This document shows positions 11,551 to 23,111 of a stretch of 64,000 bases of DNA, piece after piece (position 1 is the stretch's first letter; each line of letters begins with the position of its first letter). A program made the position numbers and the translations under genes. The notes beneath the pieces were generated by a model. It made no database searches and was not told the origin of the DNA. It saw only the letters and a list, made by a program, of their open reading frames with translations. Origin of the DNA: Cystobasidiomycetes sp. EMM_F5 (taxonomy: Eukaryota); NCBI GenBank assembly GCA_051047955.1, contig JBPGPT010000022.1, forward strand, positions 62,001 through 126,000. The letters run 5' to 3'.

Positions 11551-13216
11551 TTACAAGTCGGCAGCTTTGAGGTGAACGACGAGGACGCTCAAATTGTCGG
11601 TCGAGTAATTTTGTAGCGCATGATCGAGGAGGACTTGGGACGCTTCTTGAGCATCCTTGATGTTTCTGATCAAGTCAACTGCCTGCTGATCTTCACAGAC
11701 GTCCCAGAGCTACATTATCAGCACAGCAATCCGACATCAGCGTTACATTCCTCCATCCGCCAGGCTGAAACGTCACCTACACCATCGCATGCTATGATGA
11801 GGAAATCGTCATCTTCGCCCAGCGTCGTCTCGGTAGTATAAGGACTGCCAACGACAAACTCCTTCATGGACGAGTCGCCGAGCGACCGAGTAACGGCCAA
11901 AACGCCATTGACTCGATTATTCATGACAAAACCGCCTGCGTCTGTGATACGCTTTGCTTCTTGCGCATCCGATCCTTTATGATCGTACGTCAACCGAACA
12001 GCCTTTCCTCCTCGGCTGTCAAAAGTTTAACTCGTCAGGTCCGCGTTCAATAGCACAATCGTCTGTCACTGACCAAAGAACAGCGCGGGCGTCTCCGACA
12101 TTGGCAGTATACAGGGTCCGCTTTGCCATATTCCGAGGAATGGCGGGCGCCTTGTCTGAATGATGCTGAGTCTGAGTCGTCGCTGGTGCTTTGACGTCAG
12201 CGGCAGCAGTTGTTGCCGTCGTTGACGGGCTCTTTGTGCTTCCACTGCCGCTTCCACTAAACAGTGACCTCAGACGTTCGCGATGTATACCATCACCAAA
12301 TTTCCGCTTCCTCTCTTCTTCTGGCATGTCGCTGTCGTCTTCTTGCTGTGCTCCTGCTACTCCACCGGTAGCGGCGTGACTTCCCAGCTCTGGCTGGTGG
12401 GATGTCTGCTCATCGGCTTGGTCTAGCTGGACAGCGTGACCATCGGCGTCCTCTAGACGCAAAAAGGCAGTGACGGCAGTGCATCCTGAATGAGTACCGC
12501 CCTGAGCAGCCAGTTTTGAGAGTTCTCCGTCCGCAATGTGGAATGTGTGGTTGAGCAGGTCGGGAATGGGTTGCGATGGATCGGACGATGCAAGTTGTTC
12601 GAGGAGGTACTGTAGACGATGTGGTGGTTGTGAGGGTCATTGTGCGGTAAGTACTGCGTCTCTGGCACAAGTCCTTACACCACCCACCTTGTGAAAGTTT
12701 GCGCCGCACCACTCTGCTGCGTGCTTTCCGGCGTGTCCGTCGAAAACTGCAAAGTATCCTTGACCCTGTGAGCGAGTGTCAGCGTGGTTGGAATGTCGAA
12801 ACCTCGACTCGACTCGCCTTTACACCCCCGTAGTCGTACACAAAGGCATGGGCGTCCTCCATCGTCCTCCTGCACTTTCTGTTTCTGTCCTCCGACACGC
12901 CTACCCTGAAGCTCGCATACTTTGACGTCGAGGCTGCGTGCTTTGCGTCCTTTGCCGTCTGGAGAATGTCTGGATTCGGGTGACGATTGACGACTCCCCC
13001 GGTATCGACCCCGTCCGCCTGGGTGATGGCGATGGACTGCGCGTTCGGGTCGCTGTCCTGGCGCTGCACCTTGTCCCTGTGCTGCACCCTGGCTGCGTGC
13101 GAGTCGCTCCCGTCTGCCCCAGCCGACGACGGCGGTGAAGCCATCTGCTCTGGGCTCAGCGTCGGATGGTCGGCGTTGGGGGTTTGCGAGTGCGAGTGCG
13201 AGTCTGGCGTGCTCAT
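11551..13216 (-). CDS. PTC1: PP2C-family Ser/Thr phosphatase, Ptc1-like, multi-exon
   Basis: Motifs [71 protein letters not shown] and [11 protein letters not shown] low-complexity insert precedes [10 protein letters not shown]. Confidence 0.92.
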
Positions 13217-13414
13217 AGTGTGGGTGTAGTGTGTTGAATCGGTTGGTGTGGGTCGTGTTGTTGGTTTACAAATGACTGTTGAAATGACCTTCTGATGTCA
13301 TGAATTGTTCAAGTCTTTTGCCTTTCCCCCGGGTGGGCTGTGAGGACTTGAACTTTTGCGACGACATTGATCCACCATTGCCTTTCAACACCGACCACAT
13401 GCTCGGTCTGCAAC

Positions 13415-16284
13415 ATGGACACGCTGAGCACATCGCAGCTGTTCCATGACCTCGACAGGAGCGGCAGTGCAGCTGGAAGCAACGGCAACGATGACCTGAT
13501 GCATCTAAACAACACCCGGCTGGCTGATATTACAATGGACGATGTGACGATGGAGGCTGGTCGCAGTGGAGGACACTGTGCTCCCATTCAACGTACTCCA
13601 TACCCTGAACAGTGCAGAGACGTCCTGATTAATCTCCAGCCTTTAAACGGTACAAACATCAAGATAAACAAACAACAACCACACTCGCGTAACGTCAATG
13701 CCCCCAACAGCCTCATCGACGCAGAGTCGCCAGCACAATCCAAGCACGTCGTACTAGGAACAGTCAGGAAGAATCAAGCAGCCGTCAACAGACATGCTCA
13801 GTCTGACATGGCGCCCACCCCAACACAGCTCAGCCGGAACGCTCTGCAGGTCATCAGCAAGATTAGACACAGCAGACAGATGGTCGAGAGTCAGATGAGG
13901 AGCGGTAGGGCTCAACAAGCCATGCACACGTCTGAAATAACGGCAAACGAGACTGAAGCGTCAAGAATGCTGCACGAGCTGGCAGATGGTGGAGAAACCT
14001 TCTTGATGAATGTGACCATGTCTGCAGCTTTACCAGATCCGTCGTCTAGACATCTACGTCCTACACCGTCATCCCTCAATCTAGACGATGACGAATTCAG
14101 CTTTGCTATGACTACTCCACTTCCGCCGTCACCAAACACGCAAACGCAATCAACATCCAAACACACAATACCCGCTACAGCCAAACTGCACATCGATGAG
14201 GATAATCGACGTATAGTGACAAACCTAAATCAAATCGGACTGCGAGAAAGTCAGTCGCGGGTAGTCTCTGTGGCATCGAGTGTACAGAGTACAACATCCA
14301 TGCTATCCGGCACGAGCTCCATCAGGCTTAGGATTGGAAACGATAGACCTCTGTAGGTGTAACGGCTCAGCAGTGTGAGTCGAATGACTGAAGCTCGTGT
14401 CTTGGAAGAATGTCGGAATCCTTCTTTGTACCACAGCAGAATGTTGACTTGATGGATGATTCGCTCGAACGGACAATCGAAAATATCGATAATGATGATA
14501 TCATTCCTCCCCCTAGACCAGCTTGGGCTACTCACCTCTCACCTGCTGGACGCGGTAGTGCCAGCTCGTCTGGTGGAACAGTCGCCGCAACGCAGAAACA
14601 CCATCATGTCCGTCGTGAGGTGCATCTCAGACCTAACGATGCGACTCCAGTGAGAAGATTTCCCTCACATACGAGTAAATCGCCAAGCACAGCCGAAAAA
14701 GCATATAACCCACTCCTCCCAAAATCACTTTCCTCACATACTAACCTGAATGAACGGGTCAGCCCTCGCCCTGTTCATCGTTTATCACCGAATGCTGCAG
14801 CAGAGCGTATTCATCAATTACGAAGCGCCACTCGCCCAGGTCTTAGTGATAGACTTCTCACACCCGCCAGACCGACGGTCTCACAATCTTCATATACTCC
14901 ACGTACGGGAACCCAGCTGAAAACAGTCACAGCTGGAAAGAGTATCCGTGCTTCTCCGAGCAAAATGGAGGGAGAATTGACTCCTGCTGCTCGACCGCTG
15001 CGTACGGTCGTAGCTGGTATACGGACTTCGCATTCAATGAACGTACTAAGTACACCCTCCGTGGGCTCCAGACAGCAATCCGCGCATACGACGATCAAGG
15101 AGAGGACGCCAAGGTTTTCAGTTCTGCCTTCAACCACGAAGGATCGGACACCCGTGCAGGAAATCCGTAAAGCGGCCGCGCCATCATCTAGTTCACCGAG
15201 CTATCGGACAGCTTGTGACAAGCAAAGTCTTAGGTCGCCGCATGCTGTGGATGGCGTATATACGCAAGTGCCAGAGCGATCATCTCCGGCCAAAGTCGTC
15301 AAGCGCGATTCGTTACGACCTGATACTGTCCGGCCGGGTGCTGTAGACATGCAGTCACAGCACGCACCCCCATCGCGATTGGCTCGGTCCCACTCTGAGC
15401 GCTCGGTAACAGCCACGACTATCATGGCTGCACATCGTGCACAAGAAGCTAAGCCGTCGAGTAGTAGCCCTCACGTGCAGAGTGCCGTCAAGCCAGAGGC
15501 AGACTCTCCTCGCAAACTATTTGCCAGGATGAAGGCGCATCAGCCGACGTCGTTAGCCCATCGACCTGGTGCATCGAGTGCGCACATAACTCACGCATAT
15601 CCGGCCAACCCAGTCCGACCCTCGTCTGTTCGTACAGTCTCTGCTGAAGACCGGCTCAACCTCGAAGCGCGTATTGCACAGCGTCGGGAAGCGCGTTTGG
15701 CGTCAAATCCGATTGCAGCGCAAAATGAAAGGCCGCCAAGCGATACTGAGCGGCTCGTCCCTTCCCAGAGATTGTCGAGTACACAGCAACGGTCTACCAC
15801 ACGCAACGTGGCGCCAGCTCCGGCTCCCAGACCGTCCGTCTCGCTCGTGAAAAGTACATCACAAACGAGGATGGTACCGCCTTCTGCTTCATCTCGGCAA
15901 CTCTCCCAGCTCTCACGCTCGACAAGTTCAGTGTCTAGTATATCGTCGTTGGGAAGCAGCGTGGGCAACAACTTGAGGGCCAGTGCGAGTCATGCCGTGC
16001 TCTCTAATGCTGCGAGGTCTGAAGTCGGTAGTACAACTGGTCGCGGAGTATCGTCTCGAACTTCAATGGATGTCACGAGGCGGTATAGTATCGCTCCGTC
16101 TCGGACCTTGTCAGCAGCACGTTCTGGCAGTGCTGGCTTGACACGAGCGCACACTGCCGGGCAGATAGCGTCGTTGGCAGGGCCTATATCCACTTCGAGA
16201 CTGCCGACATCCAGCTCGAGCAAGCGTTTGCTGGCAGATGTGGAGCGTAGTGATGCGGATGTGCCGCGACGTCGCAACTACTAG
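13415..16284 (+). CDS. Long basic Ser/Thr/Arg/Pro-rich disordered protein of unknown function, 2 exons
   Basis: ORFs 13367-14356 and 14410-16284 join in frame by intron 14353-14408 (GTAGGT...AAG). No globular domain recognised. Confidence 0.7.
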
Positions 16285-16512
16285 GTCGCAGAATGTGGGG
16301 AAGTCGCTACAGTACGTCATGGACGCATGGACGGGCAATTCGCGGGAGCATCCGGACACGGTTACTGCACGGCAAAGTGTGACTACACATCGCGTCGTCT
16401 TTGATTACAATGCTCCGGCAGCATTCCATGTTATTGATTAGTCGTTGATAGCCCTTGTCGGGTACCAACCCAGATGCAATATGAGACCATCGATGTGCGA
16501 TTTGCAGACACA

Positions 16513-19154
16513 ATGACCATGAGCCGTCACGACGCAGCCTACCGCACGCTCGTCGACACCGTCGTGCCCCAAAGCTTTGCCGGGCGAACTCTGGCGTTTC
16601 TTTTGCTGGCTGCCGCCGTCAAGCTCTTGGTATGGGACCCGCTGCAGCGCAAGCTGATGGTCAGCAGAGCCAAGCTGTGAGGCCTGCAATTGTCCTGATA
16701 TGGGTGCTCGCTGCTGGCTGATGGTTTGAACTGATAATATTGGACGATTAAACGCACCTCGGTCATTCTAACATCTGCGGTGATGGTCATGCAATGGGCC
16801 CTCGTTTACATTATGCTGGCGTATCCTATCACTGGCTTGGATGTCCTCGCCGGCCACGTCCTCGTAAATCAATGTTGCAGCCGACAACGCCGTAATGCTG
16901 GAATACCAGACTACGACAGGCGGCCACTCATGATTGCACTGGTCGATGCGCGAGCTCGCAGAGACGCAGACGACTCGCGGCGGAGAGAAAAGAGCAAGCA
17001 GAAACGGAAAACGAGAGCGTCCGATTCGCCGCGACAGGCCGGCCAATGTAAGTGCAGGCTACGTCGCGAGCGTGCTTGCGTATTGTGACATTGCGTCAAT
17101 CTAGCGTCCATGACTCTTCCTCAGCTGCGACATACAAAGTCATACGGCCAATTGTACACGCCCGTCCAGCCATCGCCGCTCAGAGTACACTCGGCAACAT
17201 TCATGCAGACTAGCTCTAGCTCGCCCTCTGACCGACAAGGGGATGTACCAATCACACGATCTGCCTCTCCTGGATCCGAACGGCTGTCACGCATACAGCA
17301 GCGGAAAAGATCTTTCAACACCTCGAATGCATCTTTAACTCGACCCTTGCTGCATGAGCAGGCTCAAAGTGCCCCTCAAGGAACCTCAGACACGACATTG
17401 AGCTCCGAAAGTGCAGTTCCATCTCGAAAACGCCCCGCGGCTCCTTCGGAAAGCTCGTTTGCATCTGAAACAAGATCAGACTCACGCCAGCATAAGCGGA
17501 GTCGGGCGAGTGGAGAAAACCATGACGTCGAGTCTGAGGAGGAGGGCGATGCTATGGAGATTGACGTCTCCTCACAGAATACGAATGAAGTACGACCAAA
17601 CAGAAAAAGACCGCCCCAAAGTGAAGCAGGCGATACAGCCATCAATGGAGCGCGGCGCGGAACAAAAATGCGCAAACTACAGCAGCGTCGCATCAGTAAC
17701 GGGTCTACCATGTTGGCGAACCAGAAAGGTCAGAAACCGCGGGAAGATGGCAGCTCCCGGCGTGAATCTCCGCCAAGCGAATCGACAGACGAAGAGAGCA
17801 CCGACAGGTCGCAAACTATATCAGAATTCAACGAGGAAGATATGGAGCGAGTGAAAGCCGCAAGGGCGAAGCTGGCTGCCAAGGGCAAATCCAAGCTGCG
17901 AGTCAGTGACGTTGGTACACCTTCCACGCTGCCAGTTACGCGGAGACAGGGTACACCACAGGCGAAGTCTAGTAATCTTGAAGTTCGAGACGAAGATCGA
18001 AAGTCTGGAGAAGAGTGGGAGGACGCGAGGGGGCAATTGTACAGAAAAGGCGACGACGGGAGAATACGAAGGCAAATTGAGGTGTATGAATTTCAGCTAA
18101 AGCATAAGATGGTAAGCCATTCTCCTACTCTTAGAGCCGGCCTGACGTTCGATCAAAGCCAAAAGACTCTGTCCATCCAGATCGCTATGCGGAGCATTTG
18201 GTGCTCGCAACGAAATGGCTTACTGACGAAGAGGTGCACTCTGCACAGGAGGCACTCCTTCTCAAGGGTCAGGAAGCGGAGAGAGCACAACGCGATCGAC
18301 CGGCTCTAGGGGAAGATGCTGAAATGGCAGAGGCGTCACCTGAACCATCGCCAGCTCTTTCTGCGAGTGAAGACCCGATGCATATGCGCGGCACCGGAGT
18401 GCCTCTACGCTCCTACTCGTCCACATCATGGACGCCGATCACATCAGGCAATACTTCAACATCGAGTCTTTCCTCCGGAAATAGCAGACAGAGGTGGTAC
18501 TCTGCCAATACTTCCATATTATCCCCTTTCGCATCACCGATAAGGTATTCTCCCCGCAGAAGTCGGAACGTCCCCAGTACTGCAGTGCCGGATCTCAGCA
18601 AAAGTAGTGCGGAGAAGCAAATACCCACCAATAAGCCTTTCATTGCCGACAAGATCTTGGCGGCTCGCGCTAGAACATCCTCACCAGCGCAAGCCGACGA
18701 TGGTCCGGCAAGATCGCCTGTACAGATGGCTGGGAAAGACTTGACAACCAAAGTTGATGTAGAGGATGCTGCAGTCTCTACGAAACCTTTGACATTCCAG
18801 GTCGCTTCCACACTCACCACTTCAACGTCTCCGCAGAGCGCAACAACACCATCCTCGATCGAGTCAGCACCTCCTCTGGCCGCGGCCCCTTCTGGCACGG
18901 CGGCGATGCAGTCACCACCCAGAATATCTAATGTCTCTTCGCCTGTAGTACTACCACCGGCAGCTTCAGTCGTCTCTGAAGCACAACCCAAATCTGACTT
19001 TCCCACAGCCAACCTCTTCTCTGCAAGTAATGCGCCTCTTCTAGCTACCAATCTCAAATTCGATCTTTCGGCTCTGGCGGGTGATACGAGTGCAAATTCG
19101 GGAGGACTGTCAGTGCCGCAAAAGCCGAAAGCCCGCCCGCTTCGAAGGCGATGA
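16513..19154 (+). CDS. N-terminally membrane-anchored basic/disordered protein, nucleoporin-like (POM121/Nup1-like architecture), 4 exons
   Basis: Introns 16677-16880, 17048-17104 and about 18112-18158 keep one frame. The product has TM LAFLLLAAAVKLLVW, RQRRNAGIPDYDRRP, several basic NLS-like clusters (RKRPAAP, RPNRKRPP), the island GEEWED...PKDSVHPDR...KWLTDEE, and basic C-terminus KPKARPLRRR. Confidence 0.6.
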
Positions 19155-19811
19155 CCTGAATTTTACTTGTATAGCCTGTGCAGATCGATAACTCAAATTG
19201 GTACATCTTCGTTAACGATAAAATAACTGTGTGATGATGATCAACACTGGCTCTGAATTGCATTTGGCATTATAAGTCCCATAAGTTAAGGAATTTACAG
19301 ATCAGATTGCTGTACCCAAGCAGCTTCTGCTCGCGATGCGCTGACGCTGATGTGCTGAGAAGTATACACACAGATCAAACCGCTGCAACCTCCCTCCAGT
19401 TCGGAGATGTACTGTGTCTGACACGCTGTTCACTGCTAAGTTCCCGGGACGATCTCCTGACTGCAGCCATACAGTGACGCTTCGGAACACAAGCGCGAAT
19501 GCTCAGAGCCTCTCTTGGGTAGCATCCCGAGAAGGCTGTATATCCTTTGGCATTCACGTGAAAATGGTGGCCCGCTTGCGGCTCTCAGGCCAGCTGACAG
19601 CACCGCGGACATCGCCCGATGAGAGCGCCGAAACTCCGTCCCAAATTGCTCCTTTTCCATGCACTCTAGATTTTGGCTCTTGAAGTCTCATCTCAACCAA
19701 TTCGACATCGAAAGCAGCCTACTCTTAAGCCTTTTGACATCACATTCTTTACACGTATCACTTTCATTCAGTCGTTTACGCCGCAATTGCAGCATAATCA
19801 CCTTCATCACC

Positions 19812-20429
19812 ATGCCAGCTACTCTCCACACCATGTCCAGTATCGCCGTTGCCTTCACCGCGACTCTGCTAGCTTCTGGCACCTTGGCCCTGCCAACCTC
19901 TGGCGGGCTCATTGGACGCGCTACATCTGGGGCACCTCTTGCGGGCGTTGTTGCAGCTGGTAGCAGTGCCACGTGCACGGCTCACCCATACGAGACCTCG
20001 TACTCCGGTGGCGAAGCATGCGGGTTTGCCCCAGGCTCCCTTACCAATTTCCTCCACGTCGCAGCAATCGATGGAAGTCTGGACAAAGGTCGCTGCAACA
20101 GCTGCATCAGCGTCACCGCTGATGGTAGTAAGTCCTGTTATTGTCATACGCAGATTATGCTGATGTCTTTCCATCCACGTCTCGCAGTGGGTAGAGCGCC
20201 CGTCTATGTTCTGATTGTTGACAAGAAAGGTGGGGATACCGTCGGCAACACAGGCCTCGATTTGAGCGCAACTGCCTATAATGAGATCACCGGAGCCAGC
20301 GTACCGCCAAGCGGTGTTGGTGGCGCTGGTGTGCCGATGTCTTGGACTCAAGTACCCTTAGAGAACTGCGCCGTCAAGTGGAGCGGACAGAACTGTCCTT
20401 CAGAGTTCATGGGCAACTACTGCAACTGA
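19812..20429 (+). CDS. Secreted RlpA-like double-psi beta-barrel (expansin/loosenin-like) Cys-rich protein, copy 1
   Basis: Signal peptide (IAVAFTATLLASGTLALP), then ACG...AAID...CNSCISVT...VYVLIVD...GLDLSATAY...MSWTQV, the DPBB pattern. One 60-nt stop-free intron at 20128-20187. Confidence 0.78.
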   Translation: MPATLHTMSSIAVAFTATLLASGTLALPTSGGLIGRATSGAPLAGVVAAGSSATCTAHPYETSYSGGEACGFAPGSLTNFLHVAAIDGSLDKGRCNSCISVTADGSKSCYCHTQIMLMSFHPRLAVGRAPVYVLIVDKKGGDTVGNTGLDLSATAYNEITGASVPPSGVGGAGVPMSWTQVPLENCAVKWSGQNCPSEFMGNYCN

Positions 20430-20933
20430 GCGCACAGGCCATGGCACGCGCAAATCTGCGAAATTGAGTGTTCTTGATCATATCTATCTCTTATTCATCG
20501 TTGTTGGCAAGCGGCGCTGTGCGCATAAGCCTTCGTATCGTCTGACTATGCATTGGCTGATGAAGCGCGGCTGGATCAAGTTTCTGAAGCTTTGGCCCTT
20601 GGCAAGCCGCGCGAACACTGACATAGGACGTTGACCTGGTCTTTAGCGCTTGAGCATTACGACTTCCACGCTAACATGCTGCTGTAACGTCCTCCTCCAG
20701 TGAGGGCCAGGATGTCACTTTGCACGCACATATAGCCCTGAACTCGCTCGCCGGGAGCTGAGCGACAAATGGGGTACTTTCTCCATGTGCGATCCCTTTC
20801 AAAGTGCAATATTGCAACATCGCAATCCCTTTCCGGTTGAGGGAGCATAGCCTCGTCACAAGTGGTACAAAGGCCAGTTAATGACACAGCAGACATCGCC
20901 TGACCCGAGCCCCGTCGTGAAAGGTCCAAGCAA

Positions 20934-20941
20934 GTATATAA
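20934..20941 (+). promoter_or_regulatory. Putative TATA box of DPBB copy 2
   Basis: GTATATAA lies about 155 bp upstream of ATG 21093. Confidence 0.35.
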
Positions 20942-21092
20942 TGCTACGTTCAAGGTCACTGTCAGATTGACTCACTCAGTCCAACCCCGAATACCTAGCA
21001 TCCGGCTTGCGAAGACCCAACAAAACCACATTCATTTCCGTACTTGCATACTCTCCACAACCTTCCCCCAAACCATCATTGCAACCATCTTT

Positions 21093-21697
21093 ATGTCTGC
21101 TATCATAAATTCACGTTCTACAGCAGCTATTGCTATTACGGCATCTTTGCTAGTTTCATCCGCGCTGGCTCTACCGACCTCTGGTGAAATCGTTGGACGC
21201 GCTACATCTGGTACACCTCTAGCAGGCGTTGTTGCAGCTGGTAGCAGCGCCACGTGCACGGCTCACCCATACGAAACCTCGTACTCCGGTAGCGAAGCAT
21301 GCGGCTTTGCCCCAGGCTCCTTGACAAACTACCTCCACATCGCTGCAATTGACGGAAGTCTCGACAAGGGCCGATGCAATTCCTGCTTAGAGGTCATCGG
21401 ACGTGAGTGCTGTACACTTCTTTTGATGGTCATTGCTGAATTTGCCCGGCTCCAGCTACCAACACCCCAGTCTACGTACTCATTGTCGATAAGAAAGGTG
21501 GTGCGACTGTAGGCAATACTGGCCTCGATTTGAGCGCAACGGCCTACAATGAATTGACTGGAGCACACGTGCCATCGAGCGGCGATGGTGGTGCTGGTGT
21601 GCAGATGTCGTGGACACAGGTAGGACTGGAGAAATGCGCCGTGAAATGGAGCGGACAGAACTGCCCGGCAGAGTTTAAGGGAAACTTCTGCAACTAG
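21093..21697 (+). CDS. Secreted RlpA-like DPBB (expansin/loosenin-like) protein, copy 2 (tandem paralogue)
   Basis: Mature sequence is near-identical to copy 1. Intron 21403-21455 at an equivalent position restores PTNTPVYVLIVDKKGG...GLDLSATAYNELTG...CAVKWSGQNCPAEFKGNFCN*. Confidence 0.78.
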
Positions 21698-21760
21698 GCG
21701 CTGTTGTCCCGTTCTCGCGTCATTGACATAAGGATTTCTGCGCTGGGCGCGATACTTGTC

Positions 21761-23111
21761 TCAAGGCTTCGGAGGGCGTATTATGTGTCTGATACCTTGC
21801 TCAGAGCCACTGGGGACGTTCCTAAGCAAAGCGTATGCCTCCTCCTTATCTTCTTTCGAAAAGTGGGAACCAAGACCTCTTTGTCCGGGTGTCCGTCGGA
21901 ACAGGTGGGAAGGGGCCCGCCCTATGTCTTGCTCTAACCTAGGTATATTGAGTTGATCTTTGACCAATTCCTGCGTGAGTATGCCCATGGCTATGAGTGC
22001 CGAGCCATCTAATGCTTGCAGCATGGAGGGTATAGCGATGCCTTCGCCGTCGACAGGCTTCGAGGCCGTCGAAAGCAAGCCTTGAGCAGCGTAGAGACCG
22101 GCTGTATAGGTTGATAGACTTTTGAGCAGATCAGAGGAGGGAAAGTCTGGCAGAGTGCTTTCCATGAGCTAATTAAAATAAAATCGTGAGATAATGTACT
22201 CACCGCTCGGAGTGCTAGCACCACTGTCATGAACGGCGTCCGGGTCAAACAAGACAGTCAAGTCTACAGGCTGATCCGGCTCTGCAAGAGCATGCTCTGT
22301 AGCAGGTTGCGATGGCACCAACGCTGCGGCAGGGTCGACGTGTTCGGCAGCCGCCAAGGGGGACACCGTATCGCCTTGATCTGAATCCGCAAAGTCGTCA
22401 TCATCCGAAGTCGACGGATCCTCGACTGTATCCAGGTTCTTGGCCAATTTTGCAGCTGCCCGTCTTTTGTATGATCGAGCTTCCCTTTGTCGTCGAAGCG
22501 CACGCTTGAGCAATCCTTGCTCTTGCGCCGCATACAGATGCGCCGGATCAGCCGAACCAGGCTCGAGTCGGGATTTGTCGCTTCCTGCTTGCTGCGGAAA
22601 CAGGGTTGCTTCGTAGATTGAGCCATAGTCGAAACGGTTTGTGGAGACGGCAGAGCGTGGGGGTTGCAACAGATGCTTGAGCTTTTTCAGCGTACTACGC
22701 GTATCAGCGGGTATGTTCTGACAGGCCAAAAGATGCGACAGTAGGTTAAGGACGGGCAGAGTGGAGAAGACGAGTCTTGAGATGGCTGAAGCGCGTGCAT
22801 CGGCACAAATTAGCGAGTGAGTGATTTTCTACATCAATGCTAGCCCTACCAATTCCTCGCAACACCTCGATACTTGCATTGGTACCCTGTCCAAACTGCT
22901 CTCGAGCCCGCTGGACTTGGATCATTTCGCTTTCGAGGCAGGCTCTGCAGTAGTGCTTGCCGGCTGTCTGGCTGCCATCGTTACTAGCACTGCCCTCGCG
23001 CTGTTGTGCTGGGCCATCAATGTAAAAGTACGACACGATGGTTCTCTCTGCCCGCTGCCGCTCAGTTGACGGTATCCCAGCTGCGGAAGCTGGCGCATCC
23101 TGACGGGTCAT
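21761..23111 (-). CDS. Protein with N-terminal CxxC...HxxxC zinc-finger-like motif and C-terminal Rrn10 (RNA Pol I UAF subunit)-like domain, 3 exons
   Basis: Splicing gives HYCRAC...LSHLLAC. The C-terminal FPSSDLLKSLSTYTAGLY...LDGSALIAMGILTQE resembles the fungal Rrn10 signature (LPxSDLLKxxHxY...DxxALxAxGILxEE). Confidence 0.6.

Noticed and set aside
16780..16880. Hydrophobic stretch MVMQWALVYIMLAYPI suggesting a second TM exon
   Set aside because: No AG acceptor is available upstream and stops close the frame at 16737. It lies inside the 204-nt intron.
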